Below the pieces are notes generated by a model, which had not been told where the DNA came from, ran no database searches, and saw nothing but the letters and a program-made list of their open reading frames with translations. A stretch of 62,655 nt of DNA, the filler included. It is 4 parts of 4 records of this genome, joined end to end, with 100 filler letters (N's around TTAATTAATTAA, not from the genome) between each part and the next. Parts side by side here need not be neighbours in the genome. Positions count along the whole stretch, not along the records: positions 1 to 12,280 come from SRR20825006_1311; positions 12,381 to 35,782 come from SRR20825006_1316; 2 more parts are not named here. One strand, given 5' to 3'. This document shows, piece by piece, positions 10,701 through 20,227 of the stretch (its first letter is position 1; every line of letters starts with the position of its first letter). The position numbers and the translations under genes are program-made.

Positions 10701-11261
10701 TTGCTGGCCCCAATTAAGCGTGCTTCGTCAGAGGATGAACGAGTGTTTCACGATCAATGCAACAGTGTTGCAGACCTGTCGTCATCAGAAAGGGTCTGCT
10801 CTCGGGTAAACTGTGCGGATGACCTGATCACCCCCGAACTTCGATCTCTCTACCAGCTCTGGCAGGAAAGACGCGGCAACCGGATCGCTCCGGCGCGAGC
10901 CGACTTTGACGTACCCGAGCTCGTCCCCTGGCTCCCGCACATCATGCTTTCCGACTATCTCGATGACGGCGCCGACGCCCGGTTCCGCGTGATCGGCACC
11001 TGGATCGTGGACCAGTATGGCAAGGACAATTCCGGGAAGACCGCGTCCGCAGTGGATTTTCACGGCCGCAGCCAGCAGATTTTATCCGAGTATAAGCACG
11101 TCGCCGAAACGATGATGCCTCACCAGATCTGTGGCCCCTTTTTCAAACACACGGGGACACAGGATTTCCGCGAGGCCGAGCGGTTGCTCCTTCCGCTCAG
11201 TAAGGACGGCAGGACCTGTGACAAACTCCTGACTGCCGTCTATTTTCTCAGCAGCTATTAA
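10701..11261 (+). CDS. Stand-alone PAS domain protein (PAS_5-like), paralog of the upstream gene; start uncertain
   Basis: ELRSLYQLW, APARADF, WLPHIML, RFRVIGTWIV and AERLLLPLS...TCDK are shared with the upstream paralog. Confidence 0.72.
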   Translation: MLAPIKRASSEDERVFHDQCNSVADLSSSERVCSRVNCADDLITPELRSLYQLWQERRGNRIAPARADFDVPELVPWLPHIMLSDYLDDGADARFRVIGTWIVDQYGKDNSGKTASAVDFHGRSQQILSEYKHVAETMMPHQICGPFFKHTGTQDFREAERLLLPLSKDGRTCDKLLTAVYFLSSY

Positions 11262-11821
11262 AGCACGCAGCCATCGAATGGCCGCCAAGCAGGCCTTCTC
11301 TCGTCTGCATGAAACCAGTTACCGCCGCCATTGCCCGGCTGGTCGAAAATACGTGAAACCGGGCACCGGCTCAGATACGCAAGCAACAAAGCCCCGACCG
11401 CCCCGTGCGAAACAATCAACGGCACACCATCTGGCCCGGCTTTCCGGATATCCTCAAAGCATCTGACGATCCTCTGCTGCTCAGCGGCAGCAGTCGCCCA
11501 TCCCCGGACAGACTGCTCCGGTTCAGCGAAGAACTGGTCCACAGCGCGGTCAAACTCATCAAACGGCAGGTAACCGGTCGCAGACCGGTCGTTCTCCCCG
11601 AGATCTTCCCGGACAATGGGAACCAGCCCGACCGCACCGGCGACGATTGCCGCAGTCTCGATGGCTTTGCGTTCATCGCTTGACCAGATAAACGTGATCT
11701 TCCCGAGCCATGGCTGAGTAAGACCCGCCCGGATACGCGCCCGCCCGCGCTCGGACAGCCCCCATTCCGTGATCGGAACAGCAGGATCAATCACCACGTC
11801 TGAGTGGGTCAGGAAGTACAG
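11258..11821 (-). CDS. Histidine phosphatase superfamily protein, probably starting at a CTG codon
   Basis: LYFLTH (catalytic His) lies upstream of the GTG at 11797; SSDERKAIETA, LGENDRS and IVSHG motifs. Confidence 0.75.
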   Translation of the reverse strand: MYFLTHSDVVIDPAVPITEWGLSERGRARIRAGLTQPWLGKITFIWSSDERKAIETAAIVAGAVGLVPIVREDLGENDRSATGYLPFDEFDRAVDQFFAEPEQSVRGWATAAAEQQRIVRCFEDIRKAGPDGVPLIVSHGAVGALLLAYLSRCPVSRIFDQPGNGGGNWFHADERRPAWRPFDGCVL

Positions 11822-11826
11822 TGGTC

Positions 11827-12279
11827 TTACTCCGCCGCCGCCTCGTGGCTGACGCGCAGACTGTTCAACCGGTTCAGAGCCTCATCCATCTCGTCAACCA
11901 TCCGGTCGATGATATCGCCCAGAGGCTCTATCCGGTCCGCGAAGACCGCTGATTGCCCCATGGAGAGCAACCCCTTCTCCGGATCGCCCTCCTCATAGGC
12001 TTCCCGCTGAAGGGTGCCGCGTACATGCTCGCGATAGCTCTCGTAATCATTGGCACCGGAGGCTTCGAGTTCCGCGACCGTACGGGCTGTCTGATTATCC
12101 ATCACACGGTAGGTGTTGCGCATGGAGGCCAGAACCAGACGGGAGCCGGTTTCATCCGCCTCGATCACCCGCTTCTTGACGGCATCATGGCTCCAGATCT
12201 CGGACGCGACCAGCAGCCGGGTGCCAAGGATCACGCCTTCCGCCCCGAAAGACAGCGCACCGGCAACCTGCCTGCCATG
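11827..12279 (-). CDS. Nitronate monooxygenase/FabK-like flavoprotein, C-terminal part (contig-truncated)
   Basis: HGRQVAGALSFGAEGVILGTR and MGQS motifs. Confidence 0.8.
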   Translation of the reverse strand, partial: HGRQVAGALSFGAEGVILGTRLLVASEIWSHDAVKKRVIEADETGSRLVLASMRNTYRVMDNQTARTVAELEASGANDYESYREHVRGTLQREAYEEGDPEKGLLSMGQSAVFADRIEPLGDIIDRMVDEMDEALNRLNSLRVSHEAAAE

Positions 12280-12280
12280 G

Positions 12281-12380
12281 NNNNNNNNNNNNNNNNNNNN
12301 NNNNNNNNNNNNNNNNNNNNNNNNTTAATTAATTAANNNNNNNNNNNNNNNNNNNNNNNNNNNNNNNNNNNNNNNNNNNN
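12281..12380. other. Artificial contig spacer
   Basis: N44-TTAATTAATTAA-N44 (stops in all six frames); composition changes abruptly across it. Confidence 0.99.
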
Positions 12381-12587
12381 ATCTTCAGGATGACGGCGAG
12401 CGCTGTTTGGTTATTAAAACTGTCATTGAATTACCTAACAGCTACAATCTTCCCAGCTATTTAAAAGCAATTACGTTCTTTCTTCGGCAATAAATCAGCA
12501 AGTTTGTTATAGCTCTAAAATTCCGTTAATTCAAAGTATCTGAAAATCTGCACAGCTTAAACATAAGAGCCAATAGGTGCTTTGATT

Positions 12588-12983
12588 ATGAAAACCCTCC
12601 GTAACATACTTGTAGTTGTCGCTATATTATTTGGCTTGATGACCATTTTTGCAGGCTCACGTGTACTTTTAGGAACAGACCCCGGTTACATAGTATTTCT
12701 GCCGTTACTAATCTATAATACAGTAATGGGTTTGGTGTATGTGTCGGCAGGCATCATCGCTTGGCGAAGTATTAAAAACGGAATGTATATGGCAGCAACA
12801 ATACTTGGTCTCAACCTGATTGTGCTGATAACAATCTTCATTTTGTATACAAAGGGAAGCTCAATTGCAGTTGATAGCCTCCAGGCAATGTCGTTTCGAA
12901 CCGTTATGTGGCTTGTCTTGTTCGGCGGGTTTTGGTTGGTTTCTCGTAGTAGTAAACTGAACAATTTTAATACTGACGCATAA
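12588..12983 (+). CDS. Small 4-TM membrane protein of unknown function
   Basis: Four hydrophobic segments; ATG at 12588. Confidence 0.7.
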   Translation: MKTLRNILVVVAILFGLMTIFAGSRVLLGTDPGYIVFLPLLIYNTVMGLVYVSAGIIAWRSIKNGMYMAATILGLNLIVLITIFILYTKGSSIAVDSLQAMSFRTVMWLVLFGGFWLVSRSSKLNNFNTDA

Positions 12984-13013
12984 ATAGTCACAGCGGAGTT
13001 AAGCGGCACTTGT

Positions 13014-13433
13014 ATGAACAAATTTATATTACTTAGAACCTATAATAGTTTAACAGAAGCGGAACTCGATTTCATTAAGTTGAGGGACGAAGAGTTAGAT
13101 GTTTATATGGCCGACAACAATATGGCCAGCATGATGCCTCATTATGCTTTAGCGGTAGGTGGTATAAAAATTTTCATTGCTGAAGATCATTTTCAAAAAG
13201 GCTATGAAGTAATATCTTATGAACTGAATCAAGAGTCTGATATAAATGAACTACTCGAAGACCAAAATCCTGAACCAAGTTTGGTATGTCCGAATTGTGG
13301 AAGTTCGAATTATTTTCAGGAACGGTCATTTTTCTTAGGAATCCTAATTCTATTTTTTTTCTTTCTTCCTGTTTCGATTGGGAAAAATATAAATCACTGT
13401 GCAAACTGTGATCATAGATGGAAAATAAACTAA
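13014..13433 (+). CDS. DUF2007-like protein with a C-terminal CxxC-hydrophobic-CxxC zinc ribbon
   Basis: N-terminal EAELDFIKL...GGIKIFI pattern; CPNC...TM...CANC. Confidence 0.7.
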   Translation: MNKFILLRTYNSLTEAELDFIKLRDEELDVYMADNNMASMMPHYALAVGGIKIFIAEDHFQKGYEVISYELNQESDINELLEDQNPEPSLVCPNCGSSNYFQERSFFLGILILFFFFLPVSIGKNINHCANCDHRWKIN

Positions 13434-13439
13434 GTATTT

Positions 13440-14537
13440 ATGATAAAGTTATCGTTCACATTCGGGTTTCTCTTGGTTTGCTTGTTAGGAGCTTCTTGTA
13501 CCAAAATTGTAGAACCAAAAGTTCCCGAAATCATACAATCGGAGCCAAAACTCACTTTGAGTACGGATTCTAGAAATCTTGCTTTTACTAATCTTTTAGA
13601 GGATTCAGTAATAATAGCTTTTGGGAGGAGCCCAGACAATCTGTTTATATCAGAAGATAATGGCATGAATTGGGAAAAGAACGCTACAATACCATCAAAT
13701 TATCATATAGAAAATGTAGCTCGTACATCTCACGATAAAGATTTAATATTGTTGTCTTATGATGAGGGCAACAATAACTACAGCTCATTACAAAATACGG
13801 GACTTTTGCTTTCTAAGGATAATGGAAAAAGCTGGGAAAAACTTACCCATCCCCATAACCCTGATGAACTTTCCGATAGGTTTCGTTGGTTTGCTAACGT
13901 TGCTTTTGATGTTGAAGACACTAATATCTTATATGCGTTAAGTTCAACTTCGGTATTTTATAAAAGTACCGATCAAGGTAAAACCTGGAGCTATGTAGAT
14001 TTGAACTTAGAAAGCGCTTCTCTAGTAAGTATGTTTTTAGATCCATCAAACTCAAATATTATACATATTACAGCCGCAGGTACCGTTGGAAAAGGCGGTG
14101 GTTTTGTTACTTATGACAAGGGTTTAACGTGGATAGCGTGGGGCAAAATTGACCCGCCAGAAAGAATTCTTGGTATAAATAAAGATGGGGTGCTTTATGG
14201 GAGAAGGTTTTTCCAATCACTTGCCAATGAGCAAGTCATTTATTCGGACGACCTTAATGATTCATGGGAAGTTTTGTACGTGGATGAATCTCCATATTGG
14301 TTAACCAGCCTTGATACTTTCGAACCAAGTGTTATAGTATTGTTAATGACATCTACTAATACTTATGAGCATACAATTAGGTATTCTATAAATTATGGGG
14401 TGAGCTGGACCGATTTCAAGCTTCCATTTAGATATCCTCAATCGCTTGAAGTTTTAACTTTTGATTCAGAAAAGCTTGAGATTTTAGTGTCATCTAAAAA
14501 TGCAATTTGGAGAGTTCCAATCTACTATGGGCCATGA
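13440..14537 (+). CDS. Lipoprotein with BNR/Asp-box repeats (beta-propeller), copy 1
   Basis: LLGASC lipobox; SEDNGMNW, SKDNGKSW, STDQGKTW, TYDKGLTW and SINYGVSW repeats. Confidence 0.82.
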   Translation: MIKLSFTFGFLLVCLLGASCTKIVEPKVPEIIQSEPKLTLSTDSRNLAFTNLLEDSVIIAFGRSPDNLFISEDNGMNWEKNATIPSNYHIENVARTSHDKDLILLSYDEGNNNYSSLQNTGLLLSKDNGKSWEKLTHPHNPDELSDRFRWFANVAFDVEDTNILYALSSTSVFYKSTDQGKTWSYVDLNLESASLVSMFLDPSNSNIIHITAAGTVGKGGGFVTYDKGLTWIAWGKIDPPERILGINKDGVLYGRRFFQSLANEQVIYSDDLNDSWEVLYVDESPYWLTSLDTFEPSVIVLLMTSTNTYEHTIRYSINYGVSWTDFKLPFRYPQSLEVLTFDSEKLEILVSSKNAIWRVPIYYGP

Positions 14538-14685
14538 GTGTTCTATTTTTTTTGACGACATAAATGGAAATCAAATATCTAAAATTGGAAGTAATCCATA
14601 GATTCGATATTGCCCATAATATTAAATAGTAAAGCTAGTATCGTTTTTTATCTATACATTTAAGAGGCACTAAAATTTGTTATTT

Positions 14686-15822
14686 ATGATAAAGTTCTCG
14701 TTCACAGTTGGGTTTCTCTTGTTTTGTTTGTTAGGAACTTCTTGCACAGAAACAGCAAGTGATTCAATAGGAAAGACTGATTTAGATACTAACGATATAA
14801 CAAAGCCAACACCGACTTTAGCCTCTCAATCCGGAAATCTTGCTTTTACTAATCTTTCAGAAGATTCTCGAATAATTGCTTTTGGGAATAGCCCTGACAA
14901 CTTGTTTCTATCTGAGGATAATGGAAATAGTTGGGATAAGAATTCTACAATACCATCAAATTACCATATAAGAACCCTAGCTCGTTCAGCCAAAGATAAA
15001 GAGTTCATCTTGTTGTCTTATATCGAAGACGGTCACAGTTACACTAGTCACGCATTTACAGGTCTTCTACTTTCACGAGATAATGGAAAAAGCTGGGAGG
15101 AACTAACCCATCCTTTTAATCCAGATGATTTTTCAGGTAATTTCTCTACTTTTTCTGGTCTAGCTTTTGATTCTGACAACCTGAATATTATATATGCTGT
15201 AATAGAAATAGGTTTTAGGTCTGTTTTTTTCAAAAGTATTGATCAAGGTAAAACTTGGAATTTTGTTGACCTGCACTTGACGGGTATTACAGGAGCTGAG
15301 TTGTTTTTAGATCCATCAAATTCAAATAAGTTATACGTTGGAGGTAGGGGTACATCGATGAGTGGCGGTGGTTTTGTTAGTAATGACAAAGGTGATACTT
15401 GGTCACCTTGGGTTTCTGATAGTTCAATTAAACCAACACAGAGAATTTTCGATATAGATGATAGTGGAGTTCTTTATGGACACAAATATGAAGGATCTAC
15501 AACGTCTTCTAAAGAGTTACTTGTTTATACCTCTGACCCAGCTAATTCATGGGAAATTTTGTATGAAGATGATTCTTCATTCAGGTTAGCGGCTTTAGAC
15601 ACTTTTCATCCTGGAGTTGTAGCCATATTAATGACAAAGAGCTTTACCTCAGAAAATATTATCAGGTATTCCATAAACTATGGAGTGAGCTGGACTGATT
15701 TCAAGCTTCCATTTAAATATCCTCAATCGCTTGAAATTCTAACTTTTGATGCAGAACGGCTTGAAATTTTAGTGTCTACTAGTAGTACTATTTGGAAAGT
15801 ACCAATCTACTACGGGCCGTGA
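14686..15822 (+). CDS. Lipoprotein with BNR/Asp-box repeats, copy 2
   Basis: LLGTSC lipobox; the same five Asp-boxes; near-identical C-terminus (VPIYYGP) to copy 1. Confidence 0.82.
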   Translation: MIKFSFTVGFLLFCLLGTSCTETASDSIGKTDLDTNDITKPTPTLASQSGNLAFTNLSEDSRIIAFGNSPDNLFLSEDNGNSWDKNSTIPSNYHIRTLARSAKDKEFILLSYIEDGHSYTSHAFTGLLLSRDNGKSWEELTHPFNPDDFSGNFSTFSGLAFDSDNLNIIYAVIEIGFRSVFFKSIDQGKTWNFVDLHLTGITGAELFLDPSNSNKLYVGGRGTSMSGGGFVSNDKGDTWSPWVSDSSIKPTQRIFDIDDSGVLYGHKYEGSTTSSKELLVYTSDPANSWEILYEDDSSFRLAALDTFHPGVVAILMTKSFTSENIIRYSINYGVSWTDFKLPFKYPQSLEILTFDAERLEILVSTSSTIWKVPIYYGP

Positions 15823-15903
15823 CTTTGATTCTTTTCTAACCCAGAAAGAGTTTGAAAGAGCTTAATCAACAAAAAACTCAAGTATATTGTTGAATTATAG
15901 GGT

Positions 15904-15940
15904 AAAAAAAAGCCCGAAACTATTTCGAATCGGGCTTTCT
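15904..15940. terminator. Intrinsic terminator between convergent genes
   Basis: A-run, AAAGCCCGA/TCGGGCTTT stem, T-rich tail. Confidence 0.75.
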
Positions 15941-15960
15941 CAATATATAATTTAGAATGG

Positions 15961-16809
15961 TTAACTCTGTACAGTTTTCAATTCTATTGTTTCTTCTAAC
16001 TCTAGGTCATCACCATCTTCTATCTTAATATCAGTGATAGTTGAGTCTGAAAATGTATCGATAGTTGAGCGAATCCAGAGTTTATAGGTGTTGTCTTCTA
16101 AACCAATAATTCGAAAATCTCCGTTTTCATCAGCCTGTGTTCCTGAAGTGTCATCGCCGGCAATGGCATAAACAAACGCCCGTGCGTCAACAGGAAGTAC
16201 TGTCCCTGATATACTACCAGAAACGGTTAGATTTGCTGTTTTAAGAACGGGTTTCAGCCCGAAGCTTCCGTTACCACGAACTACAATGGAACGTGAAGCA
16301 TCAAAATCGATAACTAAATCGTATACCTGATTAGATTTAATATCAGCTTGAACAAGTAGTTTAAAGCCCGATTTTTGACCACTAGGAGTATCTAACTGAA
16401 CTGTTTCCCCACTATTCAATACGATGTTGTTGTCGTCACCAAGAACAAGTCGAATTTGATTATAACGACCTTCCTCTAAATCAACTTCGCCAAGGTCAAG
16501 AGTGGCACCATTTTGATAATCAAGAAGGTTAATTCTTAGTGTATCGTTGAATACAACTTTCCATCCATTATCCTTGAGCTCTTTGTTATTCATTTCTCCA
16601 GTTTCTGCATCTCCATCGTCGTCGTTTGCCTTTACTAACACCTGATGTATTTCAATATTTACTTCCTGATAACTCGCAGGGGCGTCGGTTAGTGATATTC
16701 GCATTGTCCCATAATCATCACCATTGCTACAAGCTGTTAAGCCGAAGCCAATTAATAGTGCAACTAGTCCCAATACTTTTGTTGTGAAGGTATTTACTGA
16801 TTGTATCAT
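15961..16809 (-). CDS. DUF4382 domain lipoprotein with a C-terminal carboxypeptidase-regulatory-like Ig domain
   Basis: LTAC lipobox; LTDAP, INLLDY, YNQIRL, TPSGQKSG and IDFDASRS motifs. Confidence 0.85.
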   Translation of the reverse strand: MIQSVNTFTTKVLGLVALLIGFGLTACSNGDDYGTMRISLTDAPASYQEVNIEIHQVLVKANDDDGDAETGEMNNKELKDNGWKVVFNDTLRINLLDYQNGATLDLGEVDLEEGRYNQIRLVLGDDNNIVLNSGETVQLDTPSGQKSGFKLLVQADIKSNQVYDLVIDFDASRSIVVRGNGSFGLKPVLKTANLTVSGSISGTVLPVDARAFVYAIAGDDTSGTQADENGDFRIIGLEDNTYKLWIRSTIDTFSDSTITDIKIEDGDDLELEETIELKTVQS

Positions 16810-16838
16810 GTCCTGTTTATTTATGTACATTTATAAGA

Positions 16839-16867
16839 TTGAACCTGCAATGGGGACATAAGTTTCA
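16839..16867 (-). promoter_or_regulatory. Putative ECF sigma-type promoter for the DUF4382 gene
   Basis: TGAAAC-N16-GGTTCAA on the minus strand, resembling the TGAAAC-N16-CGT ECF consensus. Confidence 0.4.
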
Positions 16868-17085
16868 GGGATTAATAATTAAAGATAAAAGAAGTGCGTG
16901 TTATTCGACTTAAAGAGCACCAATCACGGACGAGGATTAACTCTTCCAGAGTTATAACTTCTCGAGAATAGAATTTGATTAGTATCTAGCTCTGGAAAAG
17001 TTTGAAAAGGAGCTAGTTGATGAAAGGAATCGAAGTAATTTGGTCGCGTTTGGCTTAATTCTAAAAACTCAGTTAGAGTACCCCC

Positions 17086-17589
17086 CTACTCTTCCCTTGG
17101 TGGTTTACCAAGCAGGTAACGGAAATCGAATTTGGCGGGGTTCATCGTTTTTAAATTGTTGATGAGCATAATTGATCGATCAATCTTTAACTGACTACTT
17201 TTTACTTGTGCCACGTAATAAATAATGTAGCGCTGTTGTCCTGGGGTAAGTTTTAAAAACAACGCCAAGCCCTCAGCATCTTGTTCTAAAAGCGCCTCGA
17301 GTTCTTCGGGCATCTCCATTCCGTATTTTGAATTATCTATCGTTAGAACGACATCAACTTCTTCCCCCATTTCAACGCCAAACTCAGTCATTCTCTTTTT
17401 GCTAAGCGTGATGTAGGCTCGTCCTTCGCCCAAAGCCACAAGTCCGCAATGAAAAGCTTTATGGTTGTTGATGGAACACAAAAGCCGAGTTCCAATTCCA
17501 CCTAAATCATCAACCACCTCTTTAGGCACTGAAATATGATGCAGTTTCAGCTTTGTGAGATGGTCGATATAGGATTTAAAAGTGTGCAA
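17086..17589 (-). CDS. DUF1905/YdeI-OmpD-associated family protein
   Basis: MPEEL...F..LTPGQQR.II..V C-terminal motif. Confidence 0.8.
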   Translation of the reverse strand: MHTFKSYIDHLTKLKLHHISVPKEVVDDLGGIGTRLLCSINNHKAFHCGLVALGEGRAYITLSKKRMTEFGVEMGEEVDVVLTIDNSKYGMEMPEELEALLEQDAEGLALFLKLTPGQQRYIIYYVAQVKSSQLKIDRSIMLINNLKTMNPAKFDFRYLLGKPPREE

Positions 17590-17592
17590 TTA

Positions 17593-18786
17593 TTACTGCT
17601 TTACGCCATTAATGATAACATTAGTAACGTGGCTGGTATATTCAAAAGGGTCGCCATCATACAGAACAACATCCGCATCTTTTCCTTTTTCTAGTGAACC
17701 AACTCGTTTATCGATGTCTAGCATTTTAGCGGCATCAATGGTGAGTTTTTGAACGGCAACATCATGATCAAGGCCGTTACCAACAGCAACACCAGCTTCA
17801 AAAAGCACAACACGTGTTTTAGGAACGTAAGCTTCGTATCCACTTTGGAAAGCAAAAGGAATACCTGCCGCATAAAGTTTGGCTGGAGTTTCCATACTAG
17901 CGTTTTTGCTATCGCCATTAGTCCGAACCATACTTGGGTGAACAATAACGGACAAACCAGAAGCTTTAATTTCATCTAGAATGAGATACGCTTCAGCTAC
18001 GCCATCCAGAATCATTGGGAACCCAAACTCTTTTTGGAGTCGGATAGCAGACATGATATCGTTGGCTTTGTGAACAGTGACCAATGCGGTTAGCTTTCCG
18101 TCAAGTAAGTCGGCTAAAGCTTCCATATCTAAGCTGGTACTTTGGTTGTCATCTTTTGCGGCTCTTTTCTTTGCATAAGCTTGTGCTTTTAACAATTCTT
18201 GGCGTAGCATTGCAATGCCTTTAGCACGAGTTCCAGGCTTTTTAATAGCGCCATTAATCATAGAACCTAATGTAAAGGCGAGCATTTTTTGGGGAACTAA
18301 AACTGACTCATCTACGGTATTTCCAGTAGTTTTAACAATCATTGTTTGCCCGCTGATGAGCGCTCCAGGTCCGTGTCCAGTATGAACAGTGGTAACACCT
18401 AAATTTCTTAAATGAGCAACCAATTCTTCTCGAGCGTTATAGGCATCAATAGCGCGAAGTTCTGGTTGGATGGCGCTGCTCGTTTCCAATTGGTCTTGGT
18501 CGGCTGGTACATTGTACATTCCTGCTAGGCCAACAACAGAATGTGCATCGATAAGGCCTGGAGTTACCACGGCAGCCTCGAGTACTTCGTAATTTGTGGG
18601 AATCTTAACAGACGATTGTTTTCCAACTCGTTCAATCTTCCCGTTTTTAATCAGAACCACGCCATCTTTTATCGGGTCGCCGGCGCTGGTGTAAACCACT
18701 CCGCCTTTTACTGCAATTTGTGCATTAGTGATGTTCAGTAAGCAGACCGCAAAAAGGAATGTGAAAAGTAATTTTAAATTCTTCAT
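17593..18786 (-). CDS. Exported amidohydrolase-family protein with a degenerate metal site
   Basis: Signal peptide; PGLIDAHS and GSLEKGKDADVV motifs; most metal ligands absent. Confidence 0.85.
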   Translation of the reverse strand: MKNLKLLFTFLFAVCLLNITNAQIAVKGGVVYTSAGDPIKDGVVLIKNGKIERVGKQSSVKIPTNYEVLEAAVVTPGLIDAHSVVGLAGMYNVPADQDQLETSSAIQPELRAIDAYNAREELVAHLRNLGVTTVHTGHGPGALISGQTMIVKTTGNTVDESVLVPQKMLAFTLGSMINGAIKKPGTRAKGIAMLRQELLKAQAYAKKRAAKDDNQSTSLDMEALADLLDGKLTALVTVHKANDIMSAIRLQKEFGFPMILDGVAEAYLILDEIKASGLSVIVHPSMVRTNGDSKNASMETPAKLYAAGIPFAFQSGYEAYVPKTRVVLFEAGVAVGNGLDHDVAVQKLTIDAAKMLDIDKRVGSLEKGKDADVVLYDGDPFEYTSHVTNVIINGVKQ

Positions 18787-18788
18787 GG

Positions 18789-20093
18789 TTATTCTCCTTC
18801 TACGTGATGTGTATGCGTTTCGCCACGGAAGACATCATATCCACCCGTAGAGTAATCTTTATCTTTAGGATTAGCTCGGTCCCAAACTAAGAGGCCTTCA
18901 ATCCAAGTTTGCTCCACATGAGAGTACACACTGAAAGGATCGCCAGAAAGGATAATAAAATCGGCATCCTTACCTTTTTCTAGCGTTCCAACACGGTTAT
19001 CAATATCCATCATTTTAGCGTTGGAGATGGTAACGGCTTCCAACGCTTTTTCTCGGCTCATGCCTTCGCGAACAGCCATAGCAGCAGATCTTAAAAACAA
19101 ACGAGAGTCGGTAATGCCATCATCAGTATGAAAACCAACTAAAACACCCGCTTTTTCAAGCGCTGCGCCATTTCCGTTAGAAAGGTCTATGGCTTCCATT
19201 TTTCCACCAAAAGAATCGAGTGTTATGATGGAAGCGGGAATTCCAGCGGCAGCAATTTCATCGGCTACTTTAGAAGCTTCGCTAACGTGATGAAGAACTA
19301 ATTTATATCCAAATTCTTGGGAAAGACGAATAGCGGTTAAAATATCGTCGTGGCGGTGAGTGTGGTTGTGAACCGTTCTCTTTCCTTCTAAAATTTGAAC
19401 CAATGCATCCATTTGTAAATCGCGAGCGGGCATTTTACTTTCATCGCCATCAGCTTCAGCAATTTTGACCTGGTAGTTTTGTGCCTTTACGAATAGCTCA
19501 CGCACTAAAGCCGCAGATTTAGCTCTTGTTCCAGGAAATGGAGGATTGCCTTGTGGGTTGGTTCCATTTGCCATTTTCATTCCGCCATAAATATCATTCT
19601 CTGCGTCCACGACCAAAAGCATGTCTTCAATAACATTTGCTGATCTTAATTTCAGATAAACTGTTTGACCGCTCATCAGATGACCTGAGCCTGGCATAAT
19701 ATTTACAGAAGTAATACCGCCAGCAAGAGCTTTTTTAAAGGTATCACTTCGTGGGTCGATGGCATCCAAAATACGTACATCGGGGTGAAGTGCTGAAGAA
19801 CGATCGCCCCCGTCACCTTCGCCAAGGTGCGAGTGAGTATCAACCAAGCCTGGCATTAACACTTTTCCAGTAACATCATAAATGGTTGCGTTACTTGGTA
19901 TGGAAGTGTTTGCGCCTCCAACAGCCACGATTTTTCCATCCTTAACAATTAGAACTCCATTTTCGATGGGTACGCCATTAATCGGGATAATATGAGCGCC
20001 TTTAAAAGCTTGTGGCTTAGATTGAGCTTGAAGTGCACTACTTAGCAGGCAGGCAAGGCCAGCGGCTAGCAAGAAATTCTGTTTAAACTTCAT
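18789..20093 (-). CDS. Exported amidohydrolase-family protein with an intact metal site
   Basis: Signal peptide; PGLVDTHSH, MKMANG, HNH, LHH, HTD and GTLEKGKDAD motifs. Confidence 0.88.
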   Translation of the reverse strand: MKFKQNFLLAAGLACLLSSALQAQSKPQAFKGAHIIPINGVPIENGVLIVKDGKIVAVGGANTSIPSNATIYDVTGKVLMPGLVDTHSHLGEGDGGDRSSALHPDVRILDAIDPRSDTFKKALAGGITSVNIMPGSGHLMSGQTVYLKLRSANVIEDMLLVVDAENDIYGGMKMANGTNPQGNPPFPGTRAKSAALVRELFVKAQNYQVKIAEADGDESKMPARDLQMDALVQILEGKRTVHNHTHRHDDILTAIRLSQEFGYKLVLHHVSEASKVADEIAAAGIPASIITLDSFGGKMEAIDLSNGNGAALEKAGVLVGFHTDDGITDSRLFLRSAAMAVREGMSREKALEAVTISNAKMMDIDNRVGTLEKGKDADFIILSGDPFSVYSHVEQTWIEGLLVWDRANPKDKDYSTGGYDVFRGETHTHHVEGE

Positions 20094-20227
20094 AGATTAA
20101 TTAAACTGGTTAAAAAGTGCTCCAAGTTATAAAAATCTATGGGGAAGGCAAGACGACAAACGTGAAAGAATGCTAGGGGCTCTTTCGGGCAGTATATTCT
20201 TTTAGACTGAGACGATTTTGTTACTAA

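Noticed and set aside
12325-12336. TTAATTAATTAA palindrome recurring three times
   Set aside because: It is the artificial linker embedded in N runs, not biological
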